Shown here: positions 48,903-58,405 of the stretch, one piece after another
Layout: each line of letters begins with the position of its first letter
How positions within the stretch are numbered: the first letter of the stretch is position 1
NCBI RefSeq assembly: GCF_036917455.1
Contig: NZ_JBALDK010000059.1
Span: 1,466 to 65,465 of the forward strand
Source: Nostoc sp.
GTDB lineage: Bacteria > Cyanobacteriota > Cyanobacteriia > Cyanobacteriales > Nostocaceae
DNA length: 64,000 bases
Direction: 5' to 3'
Made by a program: the position numbers and the translations under genes
The notes under the pieces: generated by a model
Seen by the model: only the letters and a program-made list of their open reading frames with translations
What the model was told of the DNA's origin: nothing
The model's database searches: none

Positions 48903-51900
48903 ATGTTCTTGCCCCACTCATTTCTGCTAAGGCTTGCCCTAGAAAACACGATCGCACCGCCGCCCATCACAGTTACGCAAGATGTGCTGGTGACAGAGGC
49001 GATCGCACTTTTGAATTCCAGTTCTTGCAACTTCGATCCCGGTATGGGCGCTAACGACTGCACAGGCTGTTTAGCTGTAGTCAGTGAAAACCAACTGGTG
49101 GGACTGTTCAGCGAACGAGTGGTGACACGTCTTGTTGCCAGTGGGCGATCGCTCGCTGGAGTTACTTTAGCAGAGGTGATTGAACCACCAGCGATCGCCT
49201 TACGGCAATCTGAGTTAACTAATCCTGAGGTTGCCCTGAGCCTTTTAAGAAAACACCAGATTCAGCACTTGCCGATATTAGACGACAATGGGCAGTTATT
49301 AGGGCTGCTGACCTACGAAAGTTTATGCCGTTTGCTGCAACCTGTAGAACCCGATCGGCCAGATGAGGCATCAATCGCCGCTTTGAAACTTCAGACAGAG
49401 CAATCGCAGCTTTTAATGGCAGTCTCAACGCGGATTCGAGCTTCGCTGAGTTTGGCGGAAATACTCAATGCCACGGTGTCTGAAGTGCGGCAGTTTTTGG
49501 GCTGCGATCGCGTGTCGATCTATCACTTTTTGGAAAATGGGCAGTTCCAGGTCGTGGCAGAGTCCCTCGCTGTCGGTCAACGCTCCTTTGTCAGTGAAGC
49601 GATTTACGATCCTTGCTTTGCTCCAGATTGGGCAGATCGATATGGCCAAGGACGAGTGCTAGTAGTTCCCGATATCTATACGGCAGGGATGACCCCCTGC
49701 CATGTTGAGTTATTGGAGCATTTACAGATTAGAGCCAAAATTCTAGTGCCGGCGATCGTTAACAACCAATTTTGGGGGCTGGTTAGCGCCAGTGAATCGG
49801 CTGTGCCTCGTGATTGGCAATCGGCTGAGGTCACATTTTTAGAACAACTTGCCATTCAGGTGGCGATCGCCATTCAACACAGCGAAACGGCGACCCGATT
49901 CCAGCAACAGCGACAAGAGCTTACCGCATTGCTAGATTATTCCCCTGACGTGATTTTTCGGCTCGATCGAGACTTACATTACCTTTATCTCAACGCAGCT
50001 GTTGAGGTGGAGTTGGGCTACGCGCCTGAAGCGCTGATTGGTCAACCATTGCTCGCTGCCACCTTTGCCCCAGAACATTTTGCTGAGTGGCAAACTCTCA
50101 CTCAACGAGTAGCAGCAACCCGCCAAGAACAAACGAGTGAATATCAACTTTGCCTTCACTCGCGCTCCATCTGGTTTCAAACCCGTGTCGTTCCAGAATA
50201 TGACATGGATGGAACCGTTACGTCGTTTTTGTGCGTGGCGCGCAATATCACCCAAAAGAAGCAAGCTGAAGCTAGACAAGACGTTGATATAGGCGGCTTG
50301 CTAGAGTGGCAAAACCGCCATCATGCTGCCCAGCTAGCCACTAAGCAAGTGCTGTATGAATGGGATACATCCTCCGATCGCATGACGTGGGGCATCAATG
50401 CCGAGCAGGTGTTTGGCTATAGCGCCTCTGAAATGCCCCAGACATCAGCCGATTGGTTTGCTAACATTCATCCAGAGGATGAGAAGCGGGTGCAAACGGC
50501 CGCTGCAGAGTATTTTGAACATCAGGGACATCTCTACTTGCAATATCGGTGGCAACATCAGGCTGGCCATTACATCTGGATTGAATCTCAGGCACAGTTT
50601 TTTGCAGATGCTAACGCCAACTTAACTCAGATTATCGGGTATGTCACTGATATTAACGAGAGGAAAAGGTTAGAAGCCGAACGCACGCAGCTAGAAACTG
50701 CCCTCAGAGAAAGCGAAGCCCAACTCCGACAAATTTTTGACAACAGTCAGGATGTGTTTTTTCTCAAATCCCTCGATGGTAAGCAGATGATTTATACCAG
50801 CCTAGCCTGGGAATATCTTTACCAAACGCCGTTGCAGCAAACCTATGATAATCCTCAAGCTTGGCTCGATTTTATTCATCCAGATGATCGCGATGGCATA
50901 GCCACATTTGACAAGCAAGCTTGTCAAAGGAAAGAGGTTTGCTCCTTTGCCTATCGGATTATCCGTCCCGATAAATCCATTCGCTGGCTCTGGAACCGCA
51001 GCTTTCCGATTCGCAACGAAGCCGGAGAGATTTACCGTCTTGCTGGGGTCAACATCGATATTACTGAGCAAAAAAAACTGGATCTGGAATTAAGTGCAGT
51101 CAAAGAACGCTATCAACTCGCCATTCGGGGTATCGGCGAAGGAGTGTGGGATTGGGATATTGTCAGCGATCGCATCATTGCCAGCGATCGCTATTGGAAA
51201 ATTTTAGGCTACCCACCCCCAGCCAAAAACGCCTGCAAGTTTGCCTATGAGGTGCTTAGTGAAGAGATCCATCCCGACGATCGCGATCTGATGCAATTAA
51301 CCCTAAAAGGCCACCTAGAAGACCATCTGCCCTATGAAGTAGAATTTCGCAGACGTAAGCAATCAGGTGAGTATATTTGGTGTCGTTCTCGTGGAGAGGC
51401 AATCCGCGATCAAACTGGCAAGCCGATTCGCATGGTGGGAGCGATCGCAGATATCACAGAACGGAAAGCAATGGCAACTGCTCTACAAGCTAGTGAAAAA
51501 ACCCTGCGCCAGGTAGTCAGTACAGTTCCTGGAGTGGTTTATACCTATTGCCGTTCTGTGGATGGAACGAAAAGTTTTCGATTTATTAGCCAAGGTATTA
51601 TCAAGCTTTGCGATCGCACCCCAGAGGAAATCCTCAACGACTCCCAAGTGCTTTGGCATCTGATCGTTCCAGAGGATGGAGAGAGGGTGCGGGATTTGAT
51701 TGACCAATCTGCCGCAATGCTCACCCCTTGGACGGCTGAGTTTCGCCTGATAACTGCTAGCGGGGTCTTAAAATGGGTTTCCGGTCATTCCATCCCCTCC
51801 CGACAAGCAGATGGTAGTATTATTTGGCACGGCATTATAATTGATATTAGCGATGTCTACGACGAGCTTCGCTTACGCAAACAAGCCGAGCTAGAACGCC

Positions 51901-54900
51901 AGCGCAGCGAAGCTCTGCTTCAGGCATTTATCGCAGCCTCTCCAGTTGGGCTAACTCTGTTCGATCGGGAACTGCGCTACCTCTATGGCAACGAGGCATT
52001 AGCCAAAATGAATGACCTGCCATTAAGTGAGCATTTGGGACGCACCTTATGGGAAGTTTTGCCGAAAATGGCATCTCAGTTTGCTCCCATGCTGCTCCAG
52101 ATTATGGAAACCCAAGTGCCAGTTCTGAATCTGGAGTTTAGCGGTGAGGTCAAACCAGGTGAATTTCGCAGCGCAATCTCCAATCACTATCCTGTTTGTT
52201 TACCCAATAGGGAAGTAATCGGCGTTGGCGTATCCGTGATGGACATAACCGAACTTGTCCAGGCACGACAAAAACTGAGGGAAAGTGAAGCCCGCTTCCG
52301 TACCCTGGCAGACAACATTTCTCAGTTTGCTTGGATAACTGACGAACATGGCTGGATTGAATGGTATAACCAGCGCTGGTTTGACTACACAGGCACCACA
52401 CTGGCAGAAATGCAGGGCTGGGGATGGCAGCAGGTACATCACCCCGATCATGTCGATGGGGTAGTGAAGAAAATTAGCCACTGCTTTGAAACAGGCGAAA
52501 TCTGGGAAGATACCTTTCCCTTGCGCGGTGGAGATGGGCAGTACCGTTGGTTTCTCTCTCGTGCTATTCCCATCCGAGATGAACAGGGTAGGGTGTTGCG
52601 CTGGTTTGGCACCAATACAGAGATCACCGAACAAAAACAAACCGAAGTTGCTCTGCAAACAAGTGAGCAAATACTGCGTCAACTTACTAATATGGTGCCT
52701 GGAGCCGTCTATAAATATCAGCGCTTGCCGAGTGGGTCAAAGAGCTTCATCTTTATAAGCGAAGGTAGTGTCGATTTGTATGAATATACGCCAGAGGAAA
52801 TCCTCAAGGATATGCAAATCGTGTGGGATATTATTTTGCCAGAAGATATAGAACAAATCGACGCTTCCATCGATCGATCGGCTGCAACGCTCGAAGCATG
52901 GGAGATGGAGTTTCGCATCAGAACTCCTAACGGCATCTTGAAGTGGATTTCAGGACATTCTATTCCCTCTCAGGAAGAAGATGGCAGTATTATTTGGTTT
53001 GGCATCTTCACAGATATAAGCGATCGCAAACAAGCCGAGCTAGCGCTTCAAGCAAGCGAACGCCGTTATCTAAACTTAGCTGAACTATCACCAGTTGGCA
53101 TTTTCCACACCGATCCGAGCGGAGACTATAAATATGTCAATTCCCGCTGGTGTCAACTAGCAGGGCTGTCCTTCAAGGAGGCAATGGGCACGGGGTGGGC
53201 ACAAGCATTGCACCCCGAAGACCGCGATTGGGTCTTTCTCAACTGGCAAATATCTACCCAGTCCCAGACTCCCTTTTTAATGGAGTGTCGCTTTCAGAGA
53301 CCAGATGGAAAGGTGCATTGGCTGATCTGTCTGGCGATCGTTGAAACTGGTACCGCTGGCAACGTAATTGGCTATATAGGAACTATCACTGACATCACTG
53401 AGCGCAAATACTCTGAACAAGCTCTGCGAGAAAGCGAACAACGCTACCGCGACCTGGCAGAAGCAATGCCCCAGATGGTCTGGTTGACAGATGAAACAGG
53501 TGCCGTTAACTACTTTAACCAACGCTGGTATGACTACACGGGGCAAAGTCAAGCTGAGGCAATGGGATTGGGCGGAGCAGCAGCGATTCATCCCGATGAG
53601 CGCGATCGCACCCTCCAGGAATGGGGAGAAGCCATCACAACGGGCAAGTTATTTGAGATCGAATATCGTGTCCGTCATCATCAGGGACTATACAGCTGGT
53701 TTCTGGCGCGCGGAGTGCCAATCCAAAACCTAGCAGGAGAAATTACAGGTTGGGTCGGCACAATTACCGATATCGATGACTTTAAACGCGCAGAACTGGC
53801 ACGGAAACAAAGCGAAGCCCGTTTCCGTGCTGTGTTTGAGCAGGCAGCAGTGGGAATTGTGGAAATGGATGTGGCCGGTCGATTTTTGCAGGTTAATCGC
53901 CGTATTTGCGACCAATTAGGCTATACGGAAGCAGAAATGCTGGAGCTAAACTTCCAGAGCCTCATACCCAGACCAGATGATTTAAAGCTCTATTTAAACT
54001 ACTGGCAACAGCTTTTCGCCAAAAAGATTGATTCCTTTTCGCTGGAAAAATGTGTGCTTCACAAAAACGGAGAGTTACGCTGGTACAACATTACAGTGGC
54101 TTCAGTCCGTGATGCAGATAAAACCGTAAATTATTGTATTGGTGTAATTCAAGATATTCAGGATCGCAAACAGGCAGAACTGGCACTACAAGAGCTTAAC
54201 CAGGAGCTAGAAGCCAAAATTGCTCGACGCACAGCAGCATTGAGTGAGAGTGAAGTGCGCTATCGGTCTTTGTTTGAACAGGCATCTGTCGGCATTAGCC
54301 AATGTCACGCATCAGGACGCTATATCCAAGTCAATCAACGCTTTTGTGAACTGACTGGCTATACTCAATCTGAGCTACTGGAGATGTCTTGGCAAGACTT
54401 GATTCATCTAGAAGATCTGGAAGTAATCCAAGGTGAGTTGGCTCATTTACATCACGGTGAGTTGGCATCGATAACCCCTGAAATCCGCTATATCCGCAAA
54501 GATCGTCGGCTACAATGGGTTAGTCTTACAGTATCAATGCTGTATAACGCTGCGGGTACACTCATTGGTGACTTGGCGGTGGTGGAAGACATTAGCGATC
54601 GCAAGCACATTGAGCAACAACTCCAAAACAGCGAAAAGCGCCTCAAAAAAATCATTTCTAAGACAGTTGATGGCATCCTGATTCTAAATTCCCAAGGACA
54701 GATTCTTTTCAGCAATCCGGCTGCCGATCGAATTTTCAATTGCCAAAAGGCAGACTACCAGGGTGCAGATTTAGGAATTTCCATCACGCTCCAAAAGACG
54801 TTTGAACTGGAGATTCCGCATCCCACTGGCAGGGTGACTACAGTTGAAGTGCGCGTTGAGGAAATTACCTGGCAGGATCGTAAAGCCTTTCTAGCTGCGA

Positions 54901-56552
54901 TCCGAGATATCAGCCACCGCAAGCAAACTGAGATCGATCTGCAAGCAAGCGAGCTTTCCTATCGCACCCTAGCTGAAAACCTACCGGGAATTGTCTACAA
55001 GCTGTATCCCGCTCAAAATAATACATTTGTCTTTTTTAACGATCGCTTAATGACGTTATTCCAGCTTGACCCGATAGATATCGCCAATCAAGGCACTCTC
55101 TGCCCAGTCAACTCGCTGATTGTGCCAGAAGACCGCGATCGCGTTATCGAAGTAATTCAAGCCGCGATCGTCCATCAACAGCCCTTTCAGGTCGAATATT
55201 GCATTCAGATCCCTGCAACCGAAGAAAAACGATATTTGCTTGAGCAAGGCAGCACCGTAACTGACGACATTGGGCAAGCGTTGCATATTGTTGGGATTAT
55301 TTTTGATGTCACAGAAATCAAACAGACTGAGGAAAAACTTCGGAAGATTAATGAACGACTAACTATTGCCAATGCGGAACTCGCACGAGCGACCCGCCTC
55401 AAAGACGAATTTCTGGCAAACATGAGCCACGAACTTCGTACCCCTCTGAACTCCATCCTGGGACTGTCTGAAGTCTTGCAAGAAAGAACCTATGGCAATT
55501 TAACCGAGCAACAACACCACGCCTTAACCACAATTCAAACCAATGGTCAGCATTTATTAGAGCTAATTAATGACATTCTCGATCTAGCCAAAATCGAATC
55601 CGGCAAGCTATATCTACAAATGACAACCGTTTCAGTTCAGCAGCTTTGTCGAAGCACAATTCCTTTTATCCAACAGCAAGCCTTCAAAAAGCAAATTAGT
55701 TTTACCCTTGAACTGTCTCCCAATCTGACTTACATCGAGTTAGACGAACGACTTATCCGGCAGGTATTGATCAACCTACTCACCAATGCCGTCAAGTTTA
55801 CACCCAACGGTGGTGCTGTCATATTAAAAGTGCAAGGCAATGCACTAGAACAAACATTGAGCTTCAGCGCAATCGATACTGGCATTGGGATTGCTCCAGA
55901 AAATATTAGCAAGCTGTTTCAGCCTTTTGTTCAAATCGATAGCAATTTGTCTCGGCGTTATGCTGGTACGGGGTTAGGTTTAGCCTTAGTCCGACGCATT
56001 ATCGAGCTACACAAAGGCTCCGTGACGGTTCGCAGCACTGTCGGTCAGGGTAGCCAATTTACAGTGGTGCTTCCCTGGAAACACGTCAACCCGCCCAACT
56101 CAGACAAGTCTCTCGATCGCACCGCTGCTGTTATCCAAATTGCTTCAGAATTCTTACCTGTAGAAACAATGAATATAGCAGAGAAACCTGTCGTTCTACT
56201 GGTAGACGATAACCTGGATAACATTGAGACGCTAAAAGCCTATTTAGAATTGAAAGGGTTTAATATTGTAGTTGCTCACAATGGTTTGCAAGCGATTAAT
56301 CTCACCCAGACACAGTCCTTCAACTTGATTTTGATGGATATTCAAATGCCAGGGATGAATGGGCTACAAGCGATTCGCCAAATTCGATTGCAGGAGCAAG
56401 ACAAGCGCATTCCTATCCTAGCGATAACGGCTTTAGCTATGTCGAAGGATAAAGAACAGTGTTTAGCTGCTGGAGCGAATGATTATTTGACCAAGCCCTT
56501 CAGTCCCATCCATCTCGTCAACGTGATGAAAAAATATCTCCAGTTGTCGTAA
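48903..56552 (+). CDS. Giant hybrid sensor kinase: CBS pair-GAF(DXCF cyanobacteriochrome-like)-about 14 PAS/PAC-HisKA-HATPase-REC
   Basis: IQHLPILDD (CBS); DPCF and CH in the GAF; repeated DITERK/DISDRK PAC ends; MSHELRTPL, NLLTNAVKFT, GTGLGL and LMDIQMP. Confidence 0.93.
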   Translation: MFLPHSFLLRLALENTIAPPPITVTQDVLVTEAIALLNSSSCNFDPGMGANDCTGCLAVVSENQLVGLFSERVVTRLVASGRSLAGVTLAEVIEPPAIALRQSELTNPEVALSLLRKHQIQHLPILDDNGQLLGLLTYESLCRLLQPVEPDRPDEASIAALKLQTEQSQLLMAVSTRIRASLSLAEILNATVSEVRQFLGCDRVSIYHFLENGQFQVVAESLAVGQRSFVSEAIYDPCFAPDWADRYGQGRVLVVPDIYTAGMTPCHVELLEHLQIRAKILVPAIVNNQFWGLVSASESAVPRDWQSAEVTFLEQLAIQVAIAIQHSETATRFQQQRQELTALLDYSPDVIFRLDRDLHYLYLNAAVEVELGYAPEALIGQPLLAATFAPEHFAEWQTLTQRVAATRQEQTSEYQLCLHSRSIWFQTRVVPEYDMDGTVTSFLCVARNITQKKQAEARQDVDIGGLLEWQNRHHAAQLATKQVLYEWDTSSDRMTWGINAEQVFGYSASEMPQTSADWFANIHPEDEKRVQTAAAEYFEHQGHLYLQYRWQHQAGHYIWIESQAQFFADANANLTQIIGYVTDINERKRLEAERTQLETALRESEAQLRQIFDNSQDVFFLKSLDGKQMIYTSLAWEYLYQTPLQQTYDNPQAWLDFIHPDDRDGIATFDKQACQRKEVCSFAYRIIRPDKSIRWLWNRSFPIRNEAGEIYRLAGVNIDITEQKKLDLELSAVKERYQLAIRGIGEGVWDWDIVSDRIIASDRYWKILGYPPPAKNACKFAYEVLSEEIHPDDRDLMQLTLKGHLEDHLPYEVEFRRRKQSGEYIWCRSRGEAIRDQTGKPIRMVGAIADITERKAMATALQASEKTLRQVVSTVPGVVYTYCRSVDGTKSFRFISQGIIKLCDRTPEEILNDSQVLWHLIVPEDGERVRDLIDQSAAMLTPWTAEFRLITASGVLKWVSGHSIPSRQADGSIIWHGIIIDISDVYDELRLRKQAELERQRSEALLQAFIAASPVGLTLFDRELRYLYGNEALAKMNDLPLSEHLGRTLWEVLPKMASQFAPMLLQIMETQVPVLNLEFSGEVKPGEFRSAISNHYPVCLPNREVIGVGVSVMDITELVQARQKLRESEARFRTLADNISQFAWITDEHGWIEWYNQRWFDYTGTTLAEMQGWGWQQVHHPDHVDGVVKKISHCFETGEIWEDTFPLRGGDGQYRWFLSRAIPIRDEQGRVLRWFGTNTEITEQKQTEVALQTSEQILRQLTNMVPGAVYKYQRLPSGSKSFIFISEGSVDLYEYTPEEILKDMQIVWDIILPEDIEQIDASIDRSAATLEAWEMEFRIRTPNGILKWISGHSIPSQEEDGSIIWFGIFTDISDRKQAELALQASERRYLNLAELSPVGIFHTDPSGDYKYVNSRWCQLAGLSFKEAMGTGWAQALHPEDRDWVFLNWQISTQSQTPFLMECRFQRPDGKVHWLICLAIVETGTAGNVIGYIGTITDITERKYSEQALRESEQRYRDLAEAMPQMVWLTDETGAVNYFNQRWYDYTGQSQAEAMGLGGAAAIHPDERDRTLQEWGEAITTGKLFEIEYRVRHHQGLYSWFLARGVPIQNLAGEITGWVGTITDIDDFKRAELARKQSEARFRAVFEQAAVGIVEMDVAGRFLQVNRRICDQLGYTEAEMLELNFQSLIPRPDDLKLYLNYWQQLFAKKIDSFSLEKCVLHKNGELRWYNITVASVRDADKTVNYCIGVIQDIQDRKQAELALQELNQELEAKIARRTAALSESEVRYRSLFEQASVGISQCHASGRYIQVNQRFCELTGYTQSELLEMSWQDLIHLEDLEVIQGELAHLHHGELASITPEIRYIRKDRRLQWVSLTVSMLYNAAGTLIGDLAVVEDISDRKHIEQQLQNSEKRLKKIISKTVDGILILNSQGQILFSNPAADRIFNCQKADYQGADLGISITLQKTFELEIPHPTGRVTTVEVRVEEITWQDRKAFLAAIRDISHRKQTEIDLQASELSYRTLAENLPGIVYKLYPAQNNTFVFFNDRLMTLFQLDPIDIANQGTLCPVNSLIVPEDRDRVIEVIQAAIVHQQPFQVEYCIQIPATEEKRYLLEQGSTVTDDIGQALHIVGIIFDVTEIKQTEEKLRKINERLTIANAELARATRLKDEFLANMSHELRTPLNSILGLSEVLQERTYGNLTEQQHHALTTIQTNGQHLLELINDILDLAKIESGKLYLQMTTVSVQQLCRSTIPFIQQQAFKKQISFTLELSPNLTYIELDERLIRQVLINLLTNAVKFTPNGGAVILKVQGNALEQTLSFSAIDTGIGIAPENISKLFQPFVQIDSNLSRRYAGTGLGLALVRRIIELHKGSVTVRSTVGQGSQFTVVLPWKHVNPPNSDKSLDRTAAVIQIASEFLPVETMNIAEKPVVLLVDDNLDNIETLKAYLELKGFNIVVAHNGLQAINLTQTQSFNLILMDIQMPGMNGLQAIRQIRLQEQDKRIPILAITALAMSKDKEQCLAAGANDYLTKPFSPIHLVNVMKKYLQLS
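51850..51878 (+). repeat. SDR5-like 21-nt element inserted in frame into a HIP1 site inside the kinase gene
   Basis: GCGAT-[GTCTACGACGAGCTTCGCTTA]-CGC-AAACAAGCCGAGCTAG. The empty paralogous site GCGATCGC-AAACAAGCCGAGCTAG is at 53020. Confidence 0.85.
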
Positions 56553-56762
56553 CTGAATATGTCTGACAGTGAGGGGAGAGTTTAAAAGTTATCTTTGCTC
56601 GGTGTGTTTTACGGTTGTTCGTAGCTCAGTGGATACTGTTGGAAAAAGTGTTACAAATGGATAAACAAAAGTGTTACAACTAGAAGCCGCAATTAGAAGA
56701 TAAAGGTGTAATCTTACGTAACACTTAAAATACAAGTATGTGTTACATTCGCCAACAGTATC

Positions 56763-57884
56763 ATGAGTGAATTTGAAATAGTCAATCAAGAACTGACGAT
56801 TCTGTTAGTGGATGACGAACCCGATAACTTTGAAGTCATCAGCGGCATTCTGTACAATTCTGGCTACCGTTTGGGATATGCATCCAGTGGTGTTAGTGCC
56901 TTAGAACGGCTAAAAAAGAGTCAGCCTGATGTGATTTTGCTTGATGTGATGATGCCAGAGTTAGATGGCATTGAGGTGTGCTGTCGCATTAAGGCTAATC
57001 CAAATTGGAAGCATATTCCGATCGTTATGGTCACTGCATTGAATGCGAAAGAAGATTTAGCTCGTTGCCTCGAAGCTGGAGCCGATGATTTTCTGAGTAA
57101 GCCTGTAAGTGCAGTAGAGTTACGCGCCAGAATTGGCTCGATGCTCCGCATTAAGCAACAGTATGATGCCCTCAAAGCCTCTCTGCAAGTGCGATCGGAC
57201 ATGGCAAATATGATTGTGCATGATTTGCGTAATCCTCTGTCCAGCATTCTTCTGTCCTGTGAAATGCTGGAGCGAGCAAAGTTGCCCGAGCAATATCAAA
57301 CTCGGATCAATCGCATAAAAATAGCGGAACAACAGTTGCGATCGCTAACCGAAAGCCTACTGCTAATGGCAAAACTAGAGTCAGGAAAAATGATCCTGAA
57401 TCTTGAGGAAATTGAGCTGAGTCGCCTTGTTAATACTTGTATCACCGATATGCAGGCGATTGCAGGGCAGAAAATGATTCAGATGATTCCCGACCTCCCA
57501 GAAATCGAAAGACCCATTTGCGCCGATAAGCTCGTGATGCGTCGAGTTTTAGACAATTTATTGTTAAATGCGATTAAATTTTCTCCGTCAAAAAGTCAAG
57601 TCACGGTGCAAATCAATTATTTAGACGACCTGATAACCCAGATTCGAGTGATTGATATGGGTGTTGGAATCGCTGACGAGCTGAAGCAACGAGTCTTTGA
57701 AAAGTATGAAATAGGTACTCTGATGGAAGACATTCACCAAGTTGGCTTAGGGTTGGCATTTTGTCAGATGGCGATCAAAGCTCATGGCGGCAGGATCTCA
57801 GTGGAAGATAATCAGCCCAAAGGGTCAGTCATCTTAATAAAAATCAGCAGCCTCCCTCCGGGAGCAAAACACCCTTACTTTTGA
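56763..57884 (+). CDS. Hybrid REC-HisKA-HATPase kinase
   Basis: LLDVMMP receiver, IVHDLRNPL H-box, NLLLNAIKFS and GLGLAFC. Confidence 0.92.
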   Translation: MSEFEIVNQELTILLVDDEPDNFEVISGILYNSGYRLGYASSGVSALERLKKSQPDVILLDVMMPELDGIEVCCRIKANPNWKHIPIVMVTALNAKEDLARCLEAGADDFLSKPVSAVELRARIGSMLRIKQQYDALKASLQVRSDMANMIVHDLRNPLSSILLSCEMLERAKLPEQYQTRINRIKIAEQQLRSLTESLLLMAKLESGKMILNLEEIELSRLVNTCITDMQAIAGQKMIQMIPDLPEIERPICADKLVMRRVLDNLLLNAIKFSPSKSQVTVQINYLDDLITQIRVIDMGVGIADELKQRVFEKYEIGTLMEDIHQVGLGLAFCQMAIKAHGGRISVEDNQPKGSVILIKISSLPPGAKHPYF

Positions 57885-57989
57885 AACTGGCCGATACCTC
57901 AGTTTAAGATTAGATTTTTCCATAGTCCAAGCAAGAAAATTAATATTAGGTATTGAGCCGAGATACGGATACTGTTGGCGAATATACTA

Positions 57990-58395
57990 CATATTTGTAA
58001 ATACAAATATGTTGAATAGGTTGGAACAATGTCCTGAAGATGTAGAACAAGGAGCCGGCAGTCTGTATCATAAAATTGGGCATTCTTCAGCAGAAATTGA
58101 AAGCCTATTTGTAAGTATATTTTTAAAATTTTACTCAAAAGAACCACGAAAAATTATTTTGGACTTAGATGTAACCGATGATTTAGTACACGGCAATCAG
58201 GAGCAAGTTTTCTTCAATACTTGTTACGGAGGATACTGCTATGCTCCACTTTATATTTTCTGTGGAAAACATTTGTTAGCAGCCAAACTTAGACCTTCAA
58301 ATGTAGACCCAGCAGCCGGGGCATTATCAGAACTACAGAGAGTGATTAAACAAATACGGCAACAATGGAAGAACGTTGAGATTTTAATACGTGGG
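57990..58395 (+). mobile_element. Internal fragment of an IS1380-like transposase
   Basis: LNRLE...IILDLDVTDDLVHGNQEQVFFN...YCYAPLYIFCG..LLAAKLRPSN...EILIRG. It stops at the second catalytic motif and has no N-terminus. Confidence 0.8.
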
Positions 58396-58405
58396 ATAGT
58401 GCCTA

